A DNA stretch of 64,000 bases from an uncultured bacterium (GTDB lineage Bacteria; Desulfobacterota_D; UBA1144; Nemesobacterales; UBA2774): positions 11,148 through 75,147 of the forward strand of contig CADEFK010000001.1 in the NCBI GenBank assembly GCA_902826595.1, in the 5' to 3' direction. The notes beneath the pieces were generated by a model. It saw only the letters and a list, made by a program, of their open reading frames with translations, searched no databases and was not told the DNA's origin. A program made the translations under genes and the position numbers. Below, piece after piece: positions 50,692 through 61,001 of the stretch (the stretch's first letter is position 1; each line of letters starts with the position of its first letter).

Positions 50692-52480
50692 GCTCGTAAT
50701 CGTAACTGTGATTCTCGGAATCGCGTTTCTCGGTCTCGTGTCGAGACTCTGGTTCCTCCAGGTCTTGAAGGGGGACGAGTTCGAGGCATTTTCGCGGGAC
50801 AACAGGATAAGAATAGAAAGGGTGCCGGCTTCGAGGGGCAGGATACTTGACAGGTACGGCCGCGAGCTCGTCGTAAACAGGCCTTCCTTCGATGTGTACG
50901 TCCTGCCCAAGGACGCGTCCGACGTCTCCGCCTTGAGCGTCAATCTATCGAGGGTGCTCAGCGAGGACCCACAAAAGATCGAGCAGAAAATAAAACTGGC
51001 GTCAAAAAAGAACCGCTTTAAACCCGTACTGCTGGCGCAGGATATCGACCGCGATCAGCTGGCTTACATAGAAGCGCGCAGGAGCTCCCTCCCCGGACTG
51101 ACAATAGAGGTCAATAATTTAAGACAGTACCCCCACGGTGTGCTGGGCGCATCGTTCCTAGGGTATATAGGGAAGGTGAGCGAGGCGGATCTCCTGGCGA
51201 CCCCCGAGCTCAACAGCAACGGCCTCGTGGGCAAGACGGGCGTAGAGAAGACATGGGAAGGATCGCTCCGCGGTCAGGACGGTTTTTTGCAAAAAGTTAC
51301 CGATGCGCTCGGCAGAGAGGTGAATTCGAACCTCTTCCAGAAAGACCTGGTAAACAGGCAGAGCGTCCCCGGTAACGACGTCGTGATGTCTATAGACATC
51401 GATCTTCAGAAGGCCGCTGAAGACGTACTCGGCGAAGAGTTCGGCGCGATTATCGCTGTTAACGTCAGGAACGGCGAAGTGCTCGCTCTCGCGAGCAAGC
51501 CTTCTTTCGATCCGGCGGATTTCGTCAAAGGTATAGACTCTAAAACTTGGTCAAAGCTGATAAACGATAAGGACTTCCCTCTCGTAAGCCGCGCGACTCA
51601 GGGTCTGTATGCCCCTGGATCCGTCTTCAAGATGGTTCCGAGCGCGGCTGCTATGAAAGAAGGGGTAATGCATCCCGATACGCTCGTCCATTGTCCGGGA
51701 TACTACAGATTGGGCTCCCATGTCTACAGGTGCTGGAAGAGGGGAGGGCACGGCTGGATGAACATGAGGGAAGCTATAGTGCAGTCCTGTGACGTTTACT
51801 TCTACAGGCTCGCGGAAAAGCTCGGGATAGACCGTATGTCCAGCTACATGAATTTCTTCGGATTCGGATCGCCGACGGGAATTGGGATCGAAGAGCGGGC
51901 GGGTGTCGCACCGAGCAGGGAATGGAAGCTCGAGAAGTTTAAGAAGCCTTGGTATAAAGGAGAAACGATTGTTTCCGCGATAGGGCAGGGCTACGTCAGC
52001 GTAACTCCGCTCCAGATCGCGATGATGACGGCCGCGATAGCGAACGACGGTACGCTCCTGACCCCGAATCTCGTCATTAAGGAGGTGGCTTTCAGCGGAC
52101 AAACGAGGATGAATATTCTGCCCCCCCGGGGAGAGCTGCCGGTCGGTAAGGATGCGCTGGCCCTGATCAGGGATGCAATGACCGGGGTCGTAAACGGTCC
52201 CGGAGGCACGGGCCGCGGCGCCGGGATCGAGAATATATCGGTTGCCGGGAAAACCGGCACGGCGCAGGTAGTATCGCTCGATTTTCAGAGCAGCGACAAA
52301 GCGCACAAAGACCACGCCTGGTTCACATCCTTTGCCCCTTCTGAAGCCCCGGAGATCGCCGTCACCGTGCTGATCGAGCACGGAGGGAAAGGCGGCGCCG
52401 TGGCCGCCCCGCTGGCGAAAAAGATTATAGAAACCTATTTCCATTTAAAGAAAGAGAGAAAAGCAAATGATAATGTTTGA
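50672..52480 (+). CDS. mrdA: Penicillin-binding protein 2 (elongasome transpeptidase)
   Basis: N-terminal TM plus PBP dimerisation domain. Transpeptidase with SxxK, SxN and KTGT (AGKTGTAQ) motifs. Confidence 0.85.
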   Translation: MQDFRNRLVIVTVILGIAFLGLVSRLWFLQVLKGDEFEAFSRDNRIRIERVPASRGRILDRYGRELVVNRPSFDVYVLPKDASDVSALSVNLSRVLSEDPQKIEQKIKLASKKNRFKPVLLAQDIDRDQLAYIEARRSSLPGLTIEVNNLRQYPHGVLGASFLGYIGKVSEADLLATPELNSNGLVGKTGVEKTWEGSLRGQDGFLQKVTDALGREVNSNLFQKDLVNRQSVPGNDVVMSIDIDLQKAAEDVLGEEFGAIIAVNVRNGEVLALASKPSFDPADFVKGIDSKTWSKLINDKDFPLVSRATQGLYAPGSVFKMVPSAAAMKEGVMHPDTLVHCPGYYRLGSHVYRCWKRGGHGWMNMREAIVQSCDVYFYRLAEKLGIDRMSSYMNFFGFGSPTGIGIEERAGVAPSREWKLEKFKKPWYKGETIVSAIGQGYVSVTPLQIAMMTAAIANDGTLLTPNLVIKEVAFSGQTRMNILPPRGELPVGKDALALIRDAMTGVVNGPGGTGRGAGIENISVAGKTGTAQVVSLDFQSSDKAHKDHAWFTSFAPSEAPEIAVTVLIEHGGKGGAVAAPLAKKIIETYFHLKKERKANDNV

Positions 52481-53591
52481 CAGGAGACTGCTCCAGAGCT
52501 TCGGGTGGTCTCTGTTCCTGATGACGCTTGCATTTACGGCTCTCTCGCTGATGAACCTCTACAGCGCGTCTTACCAGATAGGGCTGGGATATTTTAAGAA
52601 ACAGGCGATGTGGGTATGCATCGGCATCTTCGCCATGCTCTTCATCTCTTTCGTAAACAATAAGCTGATAAAACAGTACGCCCTGTATATTTACGGCTTC
52701 TCTCTGCTGTTACTCGTGCTCGTCCTTGTTTTCGGCAAGGAGGTTTCGGGGTCGAAGAGCTGGATCACGATAGGCTCATTCGCCACCATACAGCCCTCCG
52801 AGCTCGCCAAGATACCGATTATACTCGCCATAGCGAGATTCTACGACAACGATTACGAAGGGGTGCCGTACGGTTTTCTGGACCTCATAAAACCCATGCT
52901 CCTGACCGTGCTGCCGCTCGGTCTGGTTATGCTCCAGCCTGACCTGGGCACGGCGCTCACGATGATACTCATATCGGGAAGCATGATTCTCTTTATGGGT
53001 GTCGAGAAAAAGCTGATTTTTCTTATTCTCGCGGTAGTTTTAGGATTTTCATATCCGGCGTGGCATTTCTTGCTAAAACCTTATCAGAAGGACAGGATCA
53101 AAACGTTCCTCGAGCCCTCGAAGGACCCCCTAGATTCCGGCTACAATGCGATTCAGTCCCAGATCGCGGTCGGCTCCGGCAGGTTCATGGGCAAGGGCTT
53201 CATGTCGGGCTCCCAGACACAGCTCAGGTTCATTCCCGCCCAGCAGACCGATTTCGCCTTCTCGGTGCTTGCCGAGGAGTGGGGTTTCATGGGGGGGTTC
53301 ATGGCGCTCCTTCTATATTTTATGATTATTCTCTGGATTCTCGACACAGCAAGCCGATCGAGAGACAAGTTCTCGGTGCTCACGTGCTTCGGCATTGCGG
53401 CCATGTACTTCTGGCACATAGTCGTCAACGTGGGTATGGTCATCGGTCTCCTCCCGATCACCGGGGTGCCGCTCATGCTCCTTAGCTACGGAGGGTCCTC
53501 GACACTGACTGCGCTCATAGGTATCGGCATCGTGCTCGGCATCAGGATGAGGAAATTCCCCATCCAGGGTCAGGCTGTCGAACTCAAGTAA
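52467..53591 (+). CDS. rodA: Rod shape-determining protein RodA (SEDS family)
   Basis: FtsW/RodA/SpoVE family polytopic protein. Overlaps mrdA stop. Conserved ...GSGRFMGKGF... region. Confidence 0.85.
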   Translation: MIMFDRRLLQSFGWSLFLMTLAFTALSLMNLYSASYQIGLGYFKKQAMWVCIGIFAMLFISFVNNKLIKQYALYIYGFSLLLLVLVLVFGKEVSGSKSWITIGSFATIQPSELAKIPIILAIARFYDNDYEGVPYGFLDLIKPMLLTVLPLGLVMLQPDLGTALTMILISGSMILFMGVEKKLIFLILAVVLGFSYPAWHFLLKPYQKDRIKTFLEPSKDPLDSGYNAIQSQIAVGSGRFMGKGFMSGSQTQLRFIPAQQTDFAFSVLAEEWGFMGGFMALLLYFMIILWILDTASRSRDKFSVLTCFGIAAMYFWHIVVNVGMVIGLLPITGVPLMLLSYGGSSTLTALIGIGIVLGIRMRKFPIQGQAVELK

Positions 53592-54561
53592 TCTCCTCTG
53601 CCTTCAGATCTGACGCGCTCGGGATCCCCCCCATGCTTTTTGCGTGACGGAGCGCGCGGAGGATCGCGTTCGATGTCAGTTCCGCGGATACGACGCCGAT
53701 CAGGTTTGCGTCCCCCGCTGCCTCGCCGCACGATACCGCTATAACCACGTCCCCGTCTGCGATCGTATGAACGGGTGAAATTACCCTCGCGAGCCCGGTC
53801 TGGGCGATGTTGGCTATCCTGCCGAGCTCGGATTTGGAGAACCGTGCGTTGGTCGCCACTACGGCGAGCGTGGTGTTCTGGGATTTATCCTCCCTAAAAG
53901 TAATTCCCTGCTTCAGAAGGTTCACCGTGCCGGCGAATTCGTTTCCGTGAGGCGTAGACCTGACGCCCGCGATAATTTCCCCGTTTTTCTGTGACAACAC
54001 GTCTCCGAAGGCGTTCACGACAACGAGCACGGCGACGATGACGCCGTTTTCGAATTTGTAGCCTGAAGCCCCTATCCCGCCCTTGGTCGCATGGTCCAGT
54101 CCCAGGAGCTTCCCTACGGTCGCCCCGGTCCCGGCGCCGATGCTCCCTTCCTCGACACCCGGGGACCCGGCGTTGAGGCACGCTTCGTAGCCCATGCGGG
54201 CGTCAGGCCTTATCCTCCCGTTCCCTATCCCGAGGTCGAATATCACCGCGGTCGGCACGGACGGAACGACCATGCCGTACCCTACGCTAAGCCCTTTATT
54301 CCTTTCCTCGAGAAATCTCATGACGCCGCCCGATGCGTCGAGCCCGTAGGCGCTCCCCCCTGTGAGCAGGATTGCATGAACCTTGCCGAATGTATTGTGG
54401 GACAGGAGCGAGTCTATCTGTCTCGTGCTCGTGCCGCCCCCTCTTAGATCTATCGCGCCTATGGCGGGGTTGTCGAAGAGGATTACCGTGCATCCGGTCA
54501 CGCCGCTGAAATCGGAAGCATGTCCGACGCTGACACCTTTAATATCGTTTATAGAGATCAT
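53584..54561 (-). CDS. Peptidase family S58 / DmpA-like (L-aminopeptidase D-Ala-esterase/amidase family)
   Basis: N-terminus MISINDIKGVSVGHASDFSGVTGCTVILF and Gly-rich internal segments typical of DmpA/ArgJ-fold Ntn hydrolases. Confidence 0.6.
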   Translation of the reverse strand: MISINDIKGVSVGHASDFSGVTGCTVILFDNPAIGAIDLRGGGTSTRQIDSLLSHNTFGKVHAILLTGGSAYGLDASGGVMRFLEERNKGLSVGYGMVVPSVPTAVIFDLGIGNGRIRPDARMGYEACLNAGSPGVEEGSIGAGTGATVGKLLGLDHATKGGIGASGYKFENGVIVAVLVVVNAFGDVLSQKNGEIIAGVRSTPHGNEFAGTVNLLKQGITFREDKSQNTTLAVVATNARFSKSELGRIANIAQTGLARVISPVHTIADGDVVIAVSCGEAAGDANLIGVVSAELTSNAILRALRHAKSMGGIPSASDLKAEEIT

Positions 54562-54629
54562 GCAGACTATTGTAGAATCATTATTTTTTATTTCAAAGTA
54601 TTCCCCCTTGACCCCTCCCTGCCCTTAAC

Positions 54630-54657
54630 TTGACAGGATATGATAATAGGATAAAAT
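54630..54657 (+). promoter_or_regulatory. Candidate sigma70-type promoter upstream of sco1-cox operon
   Basis: TTGACA (54630-54635), 16-bp spacer, TAAAAT (54652-54657). ~180 nt before sco1 ATG. Confidence 0.3.
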
Positions 54658-54835
54658 CTTCCACGATTTAAGGTTATTAGGGTTCGAGAAATTGAGAATC
54701 TATAACCTGCTTTTATTTCAATAAAATATCCTGTGTTTACCCCAAATGATGACAAAGAACGCGCGCGGTTTCGGGAATAAACGGTTTAGTGTGACGGTAT
54801 ATTTGTTCGGGCGTGACGTGGAGCAGGCATGAAAT

Positions 54836-55648
54836 ATGCGTAACATCAGACTGCTGTTAACAATACCGGTGCTCCTGTTGTTATTTTCGGCAAACCATGT
54901 ATTTGGTATATCCGATACGCGGGATGTGAAGGAAATCGGTATTGACGAAAAGACCGGACAAACCGTGCCCGGAGACATCAGGTTCAAGACTGAAAACAAT
55001 GAGGATGTAGAGTTAAAGAACTTTTTCAATCCGGCTAGGCCTGTATTATTGAACCTCGTCTATTTCGGTTGTCCGAAGCTGTGCAATTATGCAACGGACG
55101 GACTTGTTCAAGTAATGAACGAGCAGAAGTCGCTTGAGATCGGAAAGGATTTCGAGGTTCTCACTGTAAGCTTTGACCCAACGGACACGCCGGAGCTGGC
55201 GGGCGCGAAGGCTTCAAAGTACCGTGAGATGGTTAAACGCGGGGATCCGGGAACTGAAAATTGGGTGTTTCTCACGTCGGATTCCGAGAATATACGAAGG
55301 CTGACGGAAGCCGTGGGCTTCAGGTATAAAGTGGACGGAGACGATTTCGCGCACGCGTCGGCACTGATTGTTCTCACTCCGGAAGGGAAGATTTCGAGAT
55401 ACCTCCCCGGCATACAATACGAGCCCAATGATTTCAAGATGTCATTGCTCGAAGCGTCCAAGGGGAGAATAGGCTCGTCCGAAATGTTGAACAAGCTTCT
55501 TCTTTTCTGCTACGAATTCGATCCGGTCGGTAAAAAATATGCGCTCAAGGCTTTGAACGTTGTCAAAGCGGGCGGTGTCGTTACGCTGCTATCGATATGC
55601 GGTGTGCTGACATACTTTTGGAGAAGAGAGAAGAAGGGACCCGAATAG
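54836..55648 (+). CDS. sco1: SCO1/SenC copper chaperone for cytochrome c oxidase CuA assembly
   Basis: Signal peptide. Thioredoxin-like fold with CPKLC (CxxxC) and downstream conserved His (DDFAHAS). Confidence 0.75.
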   Translation: MRNIRLLLTIPVLLLLFSANHVFGISDTRDVKEIGIDEKTGQTVPGDIRFKTENNEDVELKNFFNPARPVLLNLVYFGCPKLCNYATDGLVQVMNEQKSLEIGKDFEVLTVSFDPTDTPELAGAKASKYREMVKRGDPGTENWVFLTSDSENIRRLTEAVGFRYKVDGDDFAHASALIVLTPEGKISRYLPGIQYEPNDFKMSLLEASKGRIGSSEMLNKLLLFCYEFDPVGKKYALKALNVVKAGGVVTLLSICGVLTYFWRREKKGPE

Positions 55649-55673
55649 GAGAATGGAGGTTTAGAAGAGACAC

Positions 55674-56612
55674 ATGACTTGGATTCCCGAAGTGGCATCG
55701 AATCTCGCAAGCAAGGTCGACGGATTATTGATACTGATCACTCTACTGTCGCTTGTATTCTTCATACTCATTACGGTTGTGCTCGTATACTTCGCTATTA
55801 AATACAGAAGAAAGAGAGAGGATGAGGAAACACCTTATATCACGGGAAACGAGCCCCTCGAGATAATCTGGACCGTCATCCCCTCCATACTTCTCATTAT
55901 CCTTTTCGTATATGGTTATGTGGTTTTCAAGGATATGAGAACACCGCCTGAGGACGCGCTCGAAGTTACCGTGGAGGGAAAACAGTGGCTCTGGACGTTC
56001 GATTATTACAACGGCAAGAAGACGATAAACGAACTTTACGTGCAGCACAACAGGCCCGTCAGGCTCGTTATGGAGGCTCCTGACGTGCTCCACAGCTTCT
56101 TCGTCCCCGCGTTCCGCGTGAAGCAGGACCTGGTGCCCGGCAGATACACTCAGCTCTGGTTTACTCCCACTAAAATCGGGACATTCGATATCTTCTGCGC
56201 CGAGTATTGCGGTACGGGACATTCGGCGATGCTCGGGAAGGTCATAGTGCTAAGCCCTGAGGCATACGAGATCTGGGAAAAGGGCGTAAAGGCCGACGAG
56301 GGCGCCGGCGTGGCGTCTCTCCCTCCCGCCGAGCTTGGTGAGAAGATTTACAAGGAGAAGGGGTGTAACGCATGCCACAGCGTGGACGGCTCCGTACTCG
56401 TGGGACCTTCATTCAAAGGCATTTTCGGTCATGCGGCGGTAATGCAGGATGGTTCATCGGTTAACGTCGATGAGAACTATATAAAGCAGTCGATAATCGA
56501 GCCTCAGGCGCACGTGGTAAAAGGCTTTCAGCCGGTTATGCCGTCATTCAAAGGCATACTGAGCGATGAAGAAGTTACGGCTTTAGTCGCGTATATAAAG
56601 ACATTAAAATAG
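55674..56612 (+). CDS. coxB: Cytochrome c oxidase subunit II with fused C-terminal cytochrome c domain (caa3-type)
   Basis: Two N-terminal TM helices. CuA site H..CAEYCGTGHSAM. C-terminal CNACH heme c motif. Confidence 0.85.
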   Translation: MTWIPEVASNLASKVDGLLILITLLSLVFFILITVVLVYFAIKYRRKREDEETPYITGNEPLEIIWTVIPSILLIILFVYGYVVFKDMRTPPEDALEVTVEGKQWLWTFDYYNGKKTINELYVQHNRPVRLVMEAPDVLHSFFVPAFRVKQDLVPGRYTQLWFTPTKIGTFDIFCAEYCGTGHSAMLGKVIVLSPEAYEIWEKGVKADEGAGVASLPPAELGEKIYKEKGCNACHSVDGSVLVGPSFKGIFGHAAVMQDGSSVNVDENYIKQSIIEPQAHVVKGFQPVMPSFKGILSDEEVTALVAYIKTLK

Positions 56613-56639
56613 CTGTTCGTAGTTTAAGGAGGCTGATTT

Positions 56640-58241
56640 ATGGCAAATCATACAATTGCCCATAATGTATATGTTCCCTTTCTCGAGAAGAAGGGAATAT
56701 TGTCATGGATTCTTAGCACCGACCACAAGCGTATTGGGATAATGTATCTGATATCGATCTCGTTTTTCTTCCTCGTTGCGGGCGTGTTCGCCCTCCTCCT
56801 CAGATATGAGCTGCTGACCCCTGCATCGGATTTTGTTCAGCCGCATACGTATAACGTGCTATTCACTCTCCACGGCTCTATAATGGTCTTCTTCTTTATC
56901 GTCCCCGGCCTCGCCGCGAGCTTCGGCAACTTCCTGATACCCCTTATGATAGGGGCCCCGGACGTCGCGTTCCCGAAGCTCAACCTCGGAAGTTACTGGA
57001 TTTACCTGCTGGGCACCGTCATAGTGCTTATCGCGCTCGCCAAGCCGGCCGATACGGGGTGGACGTTCTATACGCCCTACAGCGCGACGACGGATACCGA
57101 CGTGGTGCTGATAACCTTTGGCGTTTTCGTCCTAGGGTTCTCGTCGATCCTCACCGGGCTTAACTTCATAGTCACGATTCACAAGATGAGGGCCCCCGGC
57201 ATGACATGGCACAGGCTCCCGCTCTTTATCTGGGCTTCTTACGCTACCGCCGTACTGCAGCTTCTGGCTACTCCGGTCGTGGGTATCACACTGCTCCTCC
57301 TTATTACCGAAAGGACCCTGGGAGTAGGCTTTTTCGACCCGGCTAAGGGGGGCGACCCCGTGCTGTTTCAGAACTTTTTCTGGTTCTATTCTCACCCGGC
57401 GGTCTATATAATGATCATTCCGGCCATGGGTGTAATATCCGAAATAATCCCGGTTTTCGCGAGAAAGCCGATATTTGGATATAAGGCTATTGCGTATTCG
57501 AGTCTCGGCATCGCGTTCATCAGCTTCCTCGTCTGGGCTCACCATATGTTCACGAGCGGAATTTCAGACCTCGCCGCGACTATATTCTCGTTCCTTACTT
57601 TCCTGGTCGCGATCCCGACGGCGATCAAGGTATTTAACTGGACGGCGACGCTCTATAAGGGTTCGATACACCTGCACTCGGCGATGTTGTACGCCCTCGC
57701 GTTCGTATTCCTTTTCACGATCGGCGGTCTCACGGGCCTCTTCCTGGGCGCCCTCGCAGCGGACATCCACCTTCACGATACGTATTTCGTGGTGGCCCAT
57801 ATGCACTACGTGATGATCGGCGGGACGGTCATGGGTTTCTTCGGTGCTCTCCATTTTTGGTATCCGAAGTGGTTCGGCAGAATGTTTAACGAAACCGTCG
57901 CAAAGATCGCATGGTTCTTGATATTCATTGGCTTCAACGTCACATTCTTCCCGCAGTTCTTCATGGGGATTCAGGGGATGCCGAGGAGATACGCCACATA
58001 CCCAGCCGAGTTCGAGTCGCTCATGGCGCTTTCCACATACGGCTCCTGGATACTCGGGTTAGGCATATTCATAATGACCATAAACCTCATTGCGGGTCTT
58101 ATAAACGGAGAGAAAGCCCCCCAGAACCCCTACGGGTCGCTTTCCCTCGAGTGGCAGGTGCCTTCACCCCCGCCGCTTGAGAATTTTGAGGAAATACCGC
58201 ACGTGACCGACTGGACGTACGGTTACGGAAAAAAGAAATAA
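56640..58241 (+). CDS. coxA: Cytochrome c oxidase subunit I
   Basis: 533 aa, 12 TM. Conserved haem/CuB ligand blocks ([19 protein letters not shown]...). Confidence 0.9.
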   Translation: MANHTIAHNVYVPFLEKKGILSWILSTDHKRIGIMYLISISFFFLVAGVFALLLRYELLTPASDFVQPHTYNVLFTLHGSIMVFFFIVPGLAASFGNFLIPLMIGAPDVAFPKLNLGSYWIYLLGTVIVLIALAKPADTGWTFYTPYSATTDTDVVLITFGVFVLGFSSILTGLNFIVTIHKMRAPGMTWHRLPLFIWASYATAVLQLLATPVVGITLLLLITERTLGVGFFDPAKGGDPVLFQNFFWFYSHPAVYIMIIPAMGVISEIIPVFARKPIFGYKAIAYSSLGIAFISFLVWAHHMFTSGISDLAATIFSFLTFLVAIPTAIKVFNWTATLYKGSIHLHSAMLYALAFVFLFTIGGLTGLFLGALAADIHLHDTYFVVAHMHYVMIGGTVMGFFGALHFWYPKWFGRMFNETVAKIAWFLIFIGFNVTFFPQFFMGIQGMPRRYATYPAEFESLMALSTYGSWILGLGIFIMTINLIAGLINGEKAPQNPYGSLSLEWQVPSPPPLENFEEIPHVTDWTYGYGKKK

Positions 58242-58253
58242 TCGGAGGCCCAC

Positions 58254-58859
58254 ATGGGAGATGCTAGCCTAGAACATTCACACGGACACCACATGGACCC
58301 GGCTGTCGAGTACAGCTCTTCCAAGCTCGGCATGTGGCTGTTCCTCGGGACTGAAATACTGCTCTTCGGGGGGCTGTTTGCGGCATACGCTATTTTCCGC
58401 GCCAAGTATCCCGAGATGTTTTTCGAGCAGCACGTGGAGCTGAATAAGAAGATGGGCGCTGTTAACACGTGCATACTGATATTCAGCAGTTTGACCATGG
58501 CCATGGGCGTTTCGGCTATTCAGCGCGGGAAACAGAAAGCAACTGCTATCCTGATCCTTATAACGATACTGTGCGGCCTCGGGTTCGGCGTCGTTAAATA
58601 TTTCGAGTACAGCGCCAAGTTCCATCACCACATATACCCGGACACGAGCATCTTCTTCTCTCTTTATTTTCTTATGACGGGGCTTCACATGCTGCACGTC
58701 TTCATAGGGCTTGCGATACTCGGGGTTTTATTCGTCCTTACGCTCAAAGGGAAGTTCACGGCCAAGTACAATACTCCCGTCGAAGTCGGGGGGCTTTACT
58801 GGCACCTCGTGGACTTGATATGGATATATCTTTTCCCATTACTGTATCTCATAGGCTGA
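58254..58859 (+). CDS. coxC: Cytochrome c oxidase subunit III
   Basis: 201 aa polytopic. Operon position after coxA. Subunit III-like His-rich N-terminus. Confidence 0.75.
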   Translation: MGDASLEHSHGHHMDPAVEYSSSKLGMWLFLGTEILLFGGLFAAYAIFRAKYPEMFFEQHVELNKKMGAVNTCILIFSSLTMAMGVSAIQRGKQKATAILILITILCGLGFGVVKYFEYSAKFHHHIYPDTSIFFSLYFLMTGLHMLHVFIGLAILGVLFVLTLKGKFTAKYNTPVEVGGLYWHLVDLIWIYLFPLLYLIG

Positions 58860-58875
58860 ACGGAGGAAATGAAAG

Positions 58876-59184
58876 ATGTCTACGCATTCACATACGGAAG
58901 AACGCCATATAACGGGCAACAAGACATATATTATCGTATGGGCGGCGCTCATGGTCATGACGGTCGTCACGGTATATGTGTCGTATATAAATTTCGGGAT
59001 GCTCAACATCGTCATAGCTCTCGTGGTCGCCTCGGTAAAAGCGTCCATAGTGGCCCTTTATTTCATGCACCTGAAGTTCGAGGACTCGATCACGTGGGTA
59101 TTCGCGCTATTCCCGCTGAGCCTGCTGGCGTTACTCATCGGCATGACGATTACGGACACGTTCACGAGGACTATAGTCCCGTAG
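58876..59184 (+). CDS. coxD: Cytochrome c oxidase subunit IV (bacterial caa3-type small subunit)
   Basis: 102 aa, 3 TM helices. Position between coxC and ctaA. Confidence 0.55.
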   Translation: MSTHSHTEERHITGNKTYIIVWAALMVMTVVTVYVSYINFGMLNIVIALVVASVKASIVALYFMHLKFEDSITWVFALFPLSLLALLIGMTITDTFTRTIVP

Positions 59185-59196
59185 AATCAATAATTC

Positions 59197-60051
59197 ATGA
59201 TTGCTAAAATTACCCTTTTTCTTCTTTTTCTTCTCTTAATCTGGGGTAATCTGGTAGCCGGTCTTCAAGCGGGACTTGCATGTCCGGATTGGCCGCTCTG
59301 TCACGGGACGGTCCTCCCCCCCTTCAGGTGGGATATCTATATGGAGTTCACGCACCGGGTCATAGGGGGCGTGACCTCGCTTTTCCTCGTCGTCTTATCT
59401 TACCGGAGGTTCCGGGACTATACAGGCTGCGTAAAACTGGTCCCCGTAATCACTCTGCTCCTTCTTTTGGCGCAGATCGTTCTCGGCGGCATCGTCGTGC
59501 TCCTAGAGCTTCCCGTAGACCTTACGACATACCATTTTGCAAACGCGATCGTAATTTTTGCACTCACACTCTATATATCATTCTATGACGGAAATAAGCG
59601 GAAACCGCGTTTCAGCATCGGCGGCTATAAGGGCGTATTCTTCTTCCTGGGAATACTTGTATTCGCTCAGGCAGTGCTGGGTGCTTATGTGAGGCATTCA
59701 GGATCGGGTCTCGCCTGCCCGGATTTCCCGACCTGCTTGGGTTACTGGATTCCGCCGGAGTTATCGGGAATTATACTCAACCACTACGTTCACAGGCTTC
59801 TGGCTTATGTAATAACGCTTACAGTCTTCATACTGCTTCTGTCTTCATACATGTCCAAAGGACTCCGGCTGTTTCGAAAGGAACTCTGGATACTCCTCTG
59901 CCTCATAGCTCTCCAGATCGCCCTCGGGGTCGGGGTGGTTCTTACGAAGCTCAGCTTCGCAGTTACGGCCCTCCATTTAGCTATTGCCCTGTTAATACTC
60001 ACTCTGCTGCTTTATACTTGGTTCACGGGCATGGAGAAAAGCAATAGATAA
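59197..60051 (+). CDS. ctaA: Heme A synthase
   Basis: Conserved CPDWPLCHG and second CPDFPTC Cys pair in polytopic membrane protein. Confidence 0.75.
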   Translation: MIAKITLFLLFLLLIWGNLVAGLQAGLACPDWPLCHGTVLPPFRWDIYMEFTHRVIGGVTSLFLVVLSYRRFRDYTGCVKLVPVITLLLLLAQIVLGGIVVLLELPVDLTTYHFANAIVIFALTLYISFYDGNKRKPRFSIGGYKGVFFFLGILVFAQAVLGAYVRHSGSGLACPDFPTCLGYWIPPELSGIILNHYVHRLLAYVITLTVFILLLSSYMSKGLRLFRKELWILLCLIALQIALGVGVVLTKLSFAVTALHLAIALLILTLLLYTWFTGMEKSNR

Positions 60052-60054
60052 ACT

Positions 60055-60984
60055 GTGCTTGGGGAATATATGAATACGATCGGGCACGTGGGCAGGGCGC
60101 CCTCTAAGATAGTTGTTTCGACAATACTGCTCTCGAAACCCGGAATCATATTAAGTGTTGCGTTCACAGGCGTTGCAGGCATGGTTCTCGCCAACCGCGG
60201 TATACCGCCTCTCGGCTTGACCCTTCTGACAGTAGTCGCGCTGCTCTTGAGCGCGGCCGGCTCTGCCATACTCAATAACGTCCTCGACAAGCAGATCGAT
60301 ACGCTAATGAGCAGGCTCAGCAAGCGCGTGGATGCGCTCGAGGTGGTCGGCGAGAAGACCGCCACGCTCATATCCCTGGTCTTCATAGCCGTATCGCTGT
60401 TTATTTCGTTTTATTATCTGAACGCGGTGAACGGCGCGCTCATCATTGCGGCTATTCTGAGCTATACGCTCCTTTATACACTCTACCTCAAGAGGAGCTC
60501 CCCCTACGGTACAATCCTCGGCGGCCTCCCCGGGGCGCTGCCCGTGCTCGTCGGATACACCGCAGTGAACTCCCATATCGGCGTCGACGGGATTATACTT
60601 TTCGTGTTCATGATGCTCTGGCAGCCCCCTCATTTCTGGGCCCTCGCCCAGAAATACAAGCTCGATTACAAGAGAGCGGGCGTGCCTGTCATGCCCGTGG
60701 CCCTGGGCTCGAAGTTTACGAACGTCATGATACTCCTCTATTCTATCGCGCTTCTGCCCCTGTCTCTTTCGCTCTGGATTCTGCATTACTGCTCCGACTA
60801 CTACGCGGTCTTCGCTATAATTTCTGGCCTGTATTTTGAATATGTGATGATACGGAGCGCGGTAAAGAATACGGATTACGGAAAGGCCTTCGGTACTTCG
60901 ATCATATACATGCTTATCATCATGGTTTCCCTGATCCTCGACCTTTCGCTCCGCTCCGCGAATGTTCCGATAGGCGGGTTCTAG
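60055..60984 (+). CDS. ctaB: Protoheme IX farnesyltransferase (heme O synthase)
   Basis: UbiA-family prenyltransferase. Polytopic. Asp-rich NNVLDKQID motif. Confidence 0.85.
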   Translation: MLGEYMNTIGHVGRAPSKIVVSTILLSKPGIILSVAFTGVAGMVLANRGIPPLGLTLLTVVALLLSAAGSAILNNVLDKQIDTLMSRLSKRVDALEVVGEKTATLISLVFIAVSLFISFYYLNAVNGALIIAAILSYTLLYTLYLKRSSPYGTILGGLPGALPVLVGYTAVNSHIGVDGIILFVFMMLWQPPHFWALAQKYKLDYKRAGVPVMPVALGSKFTNVMILLYSIALLPLSLSLWILHYCSDYYAVFAIISGLYFEYVMIRSAVKNTDYGKAFGTSIIYMLIIMVSLILDLSLRSANVPIGGF

Positions 60985-61001
60985 TCCGGTATCCTGTTTT
61001 A

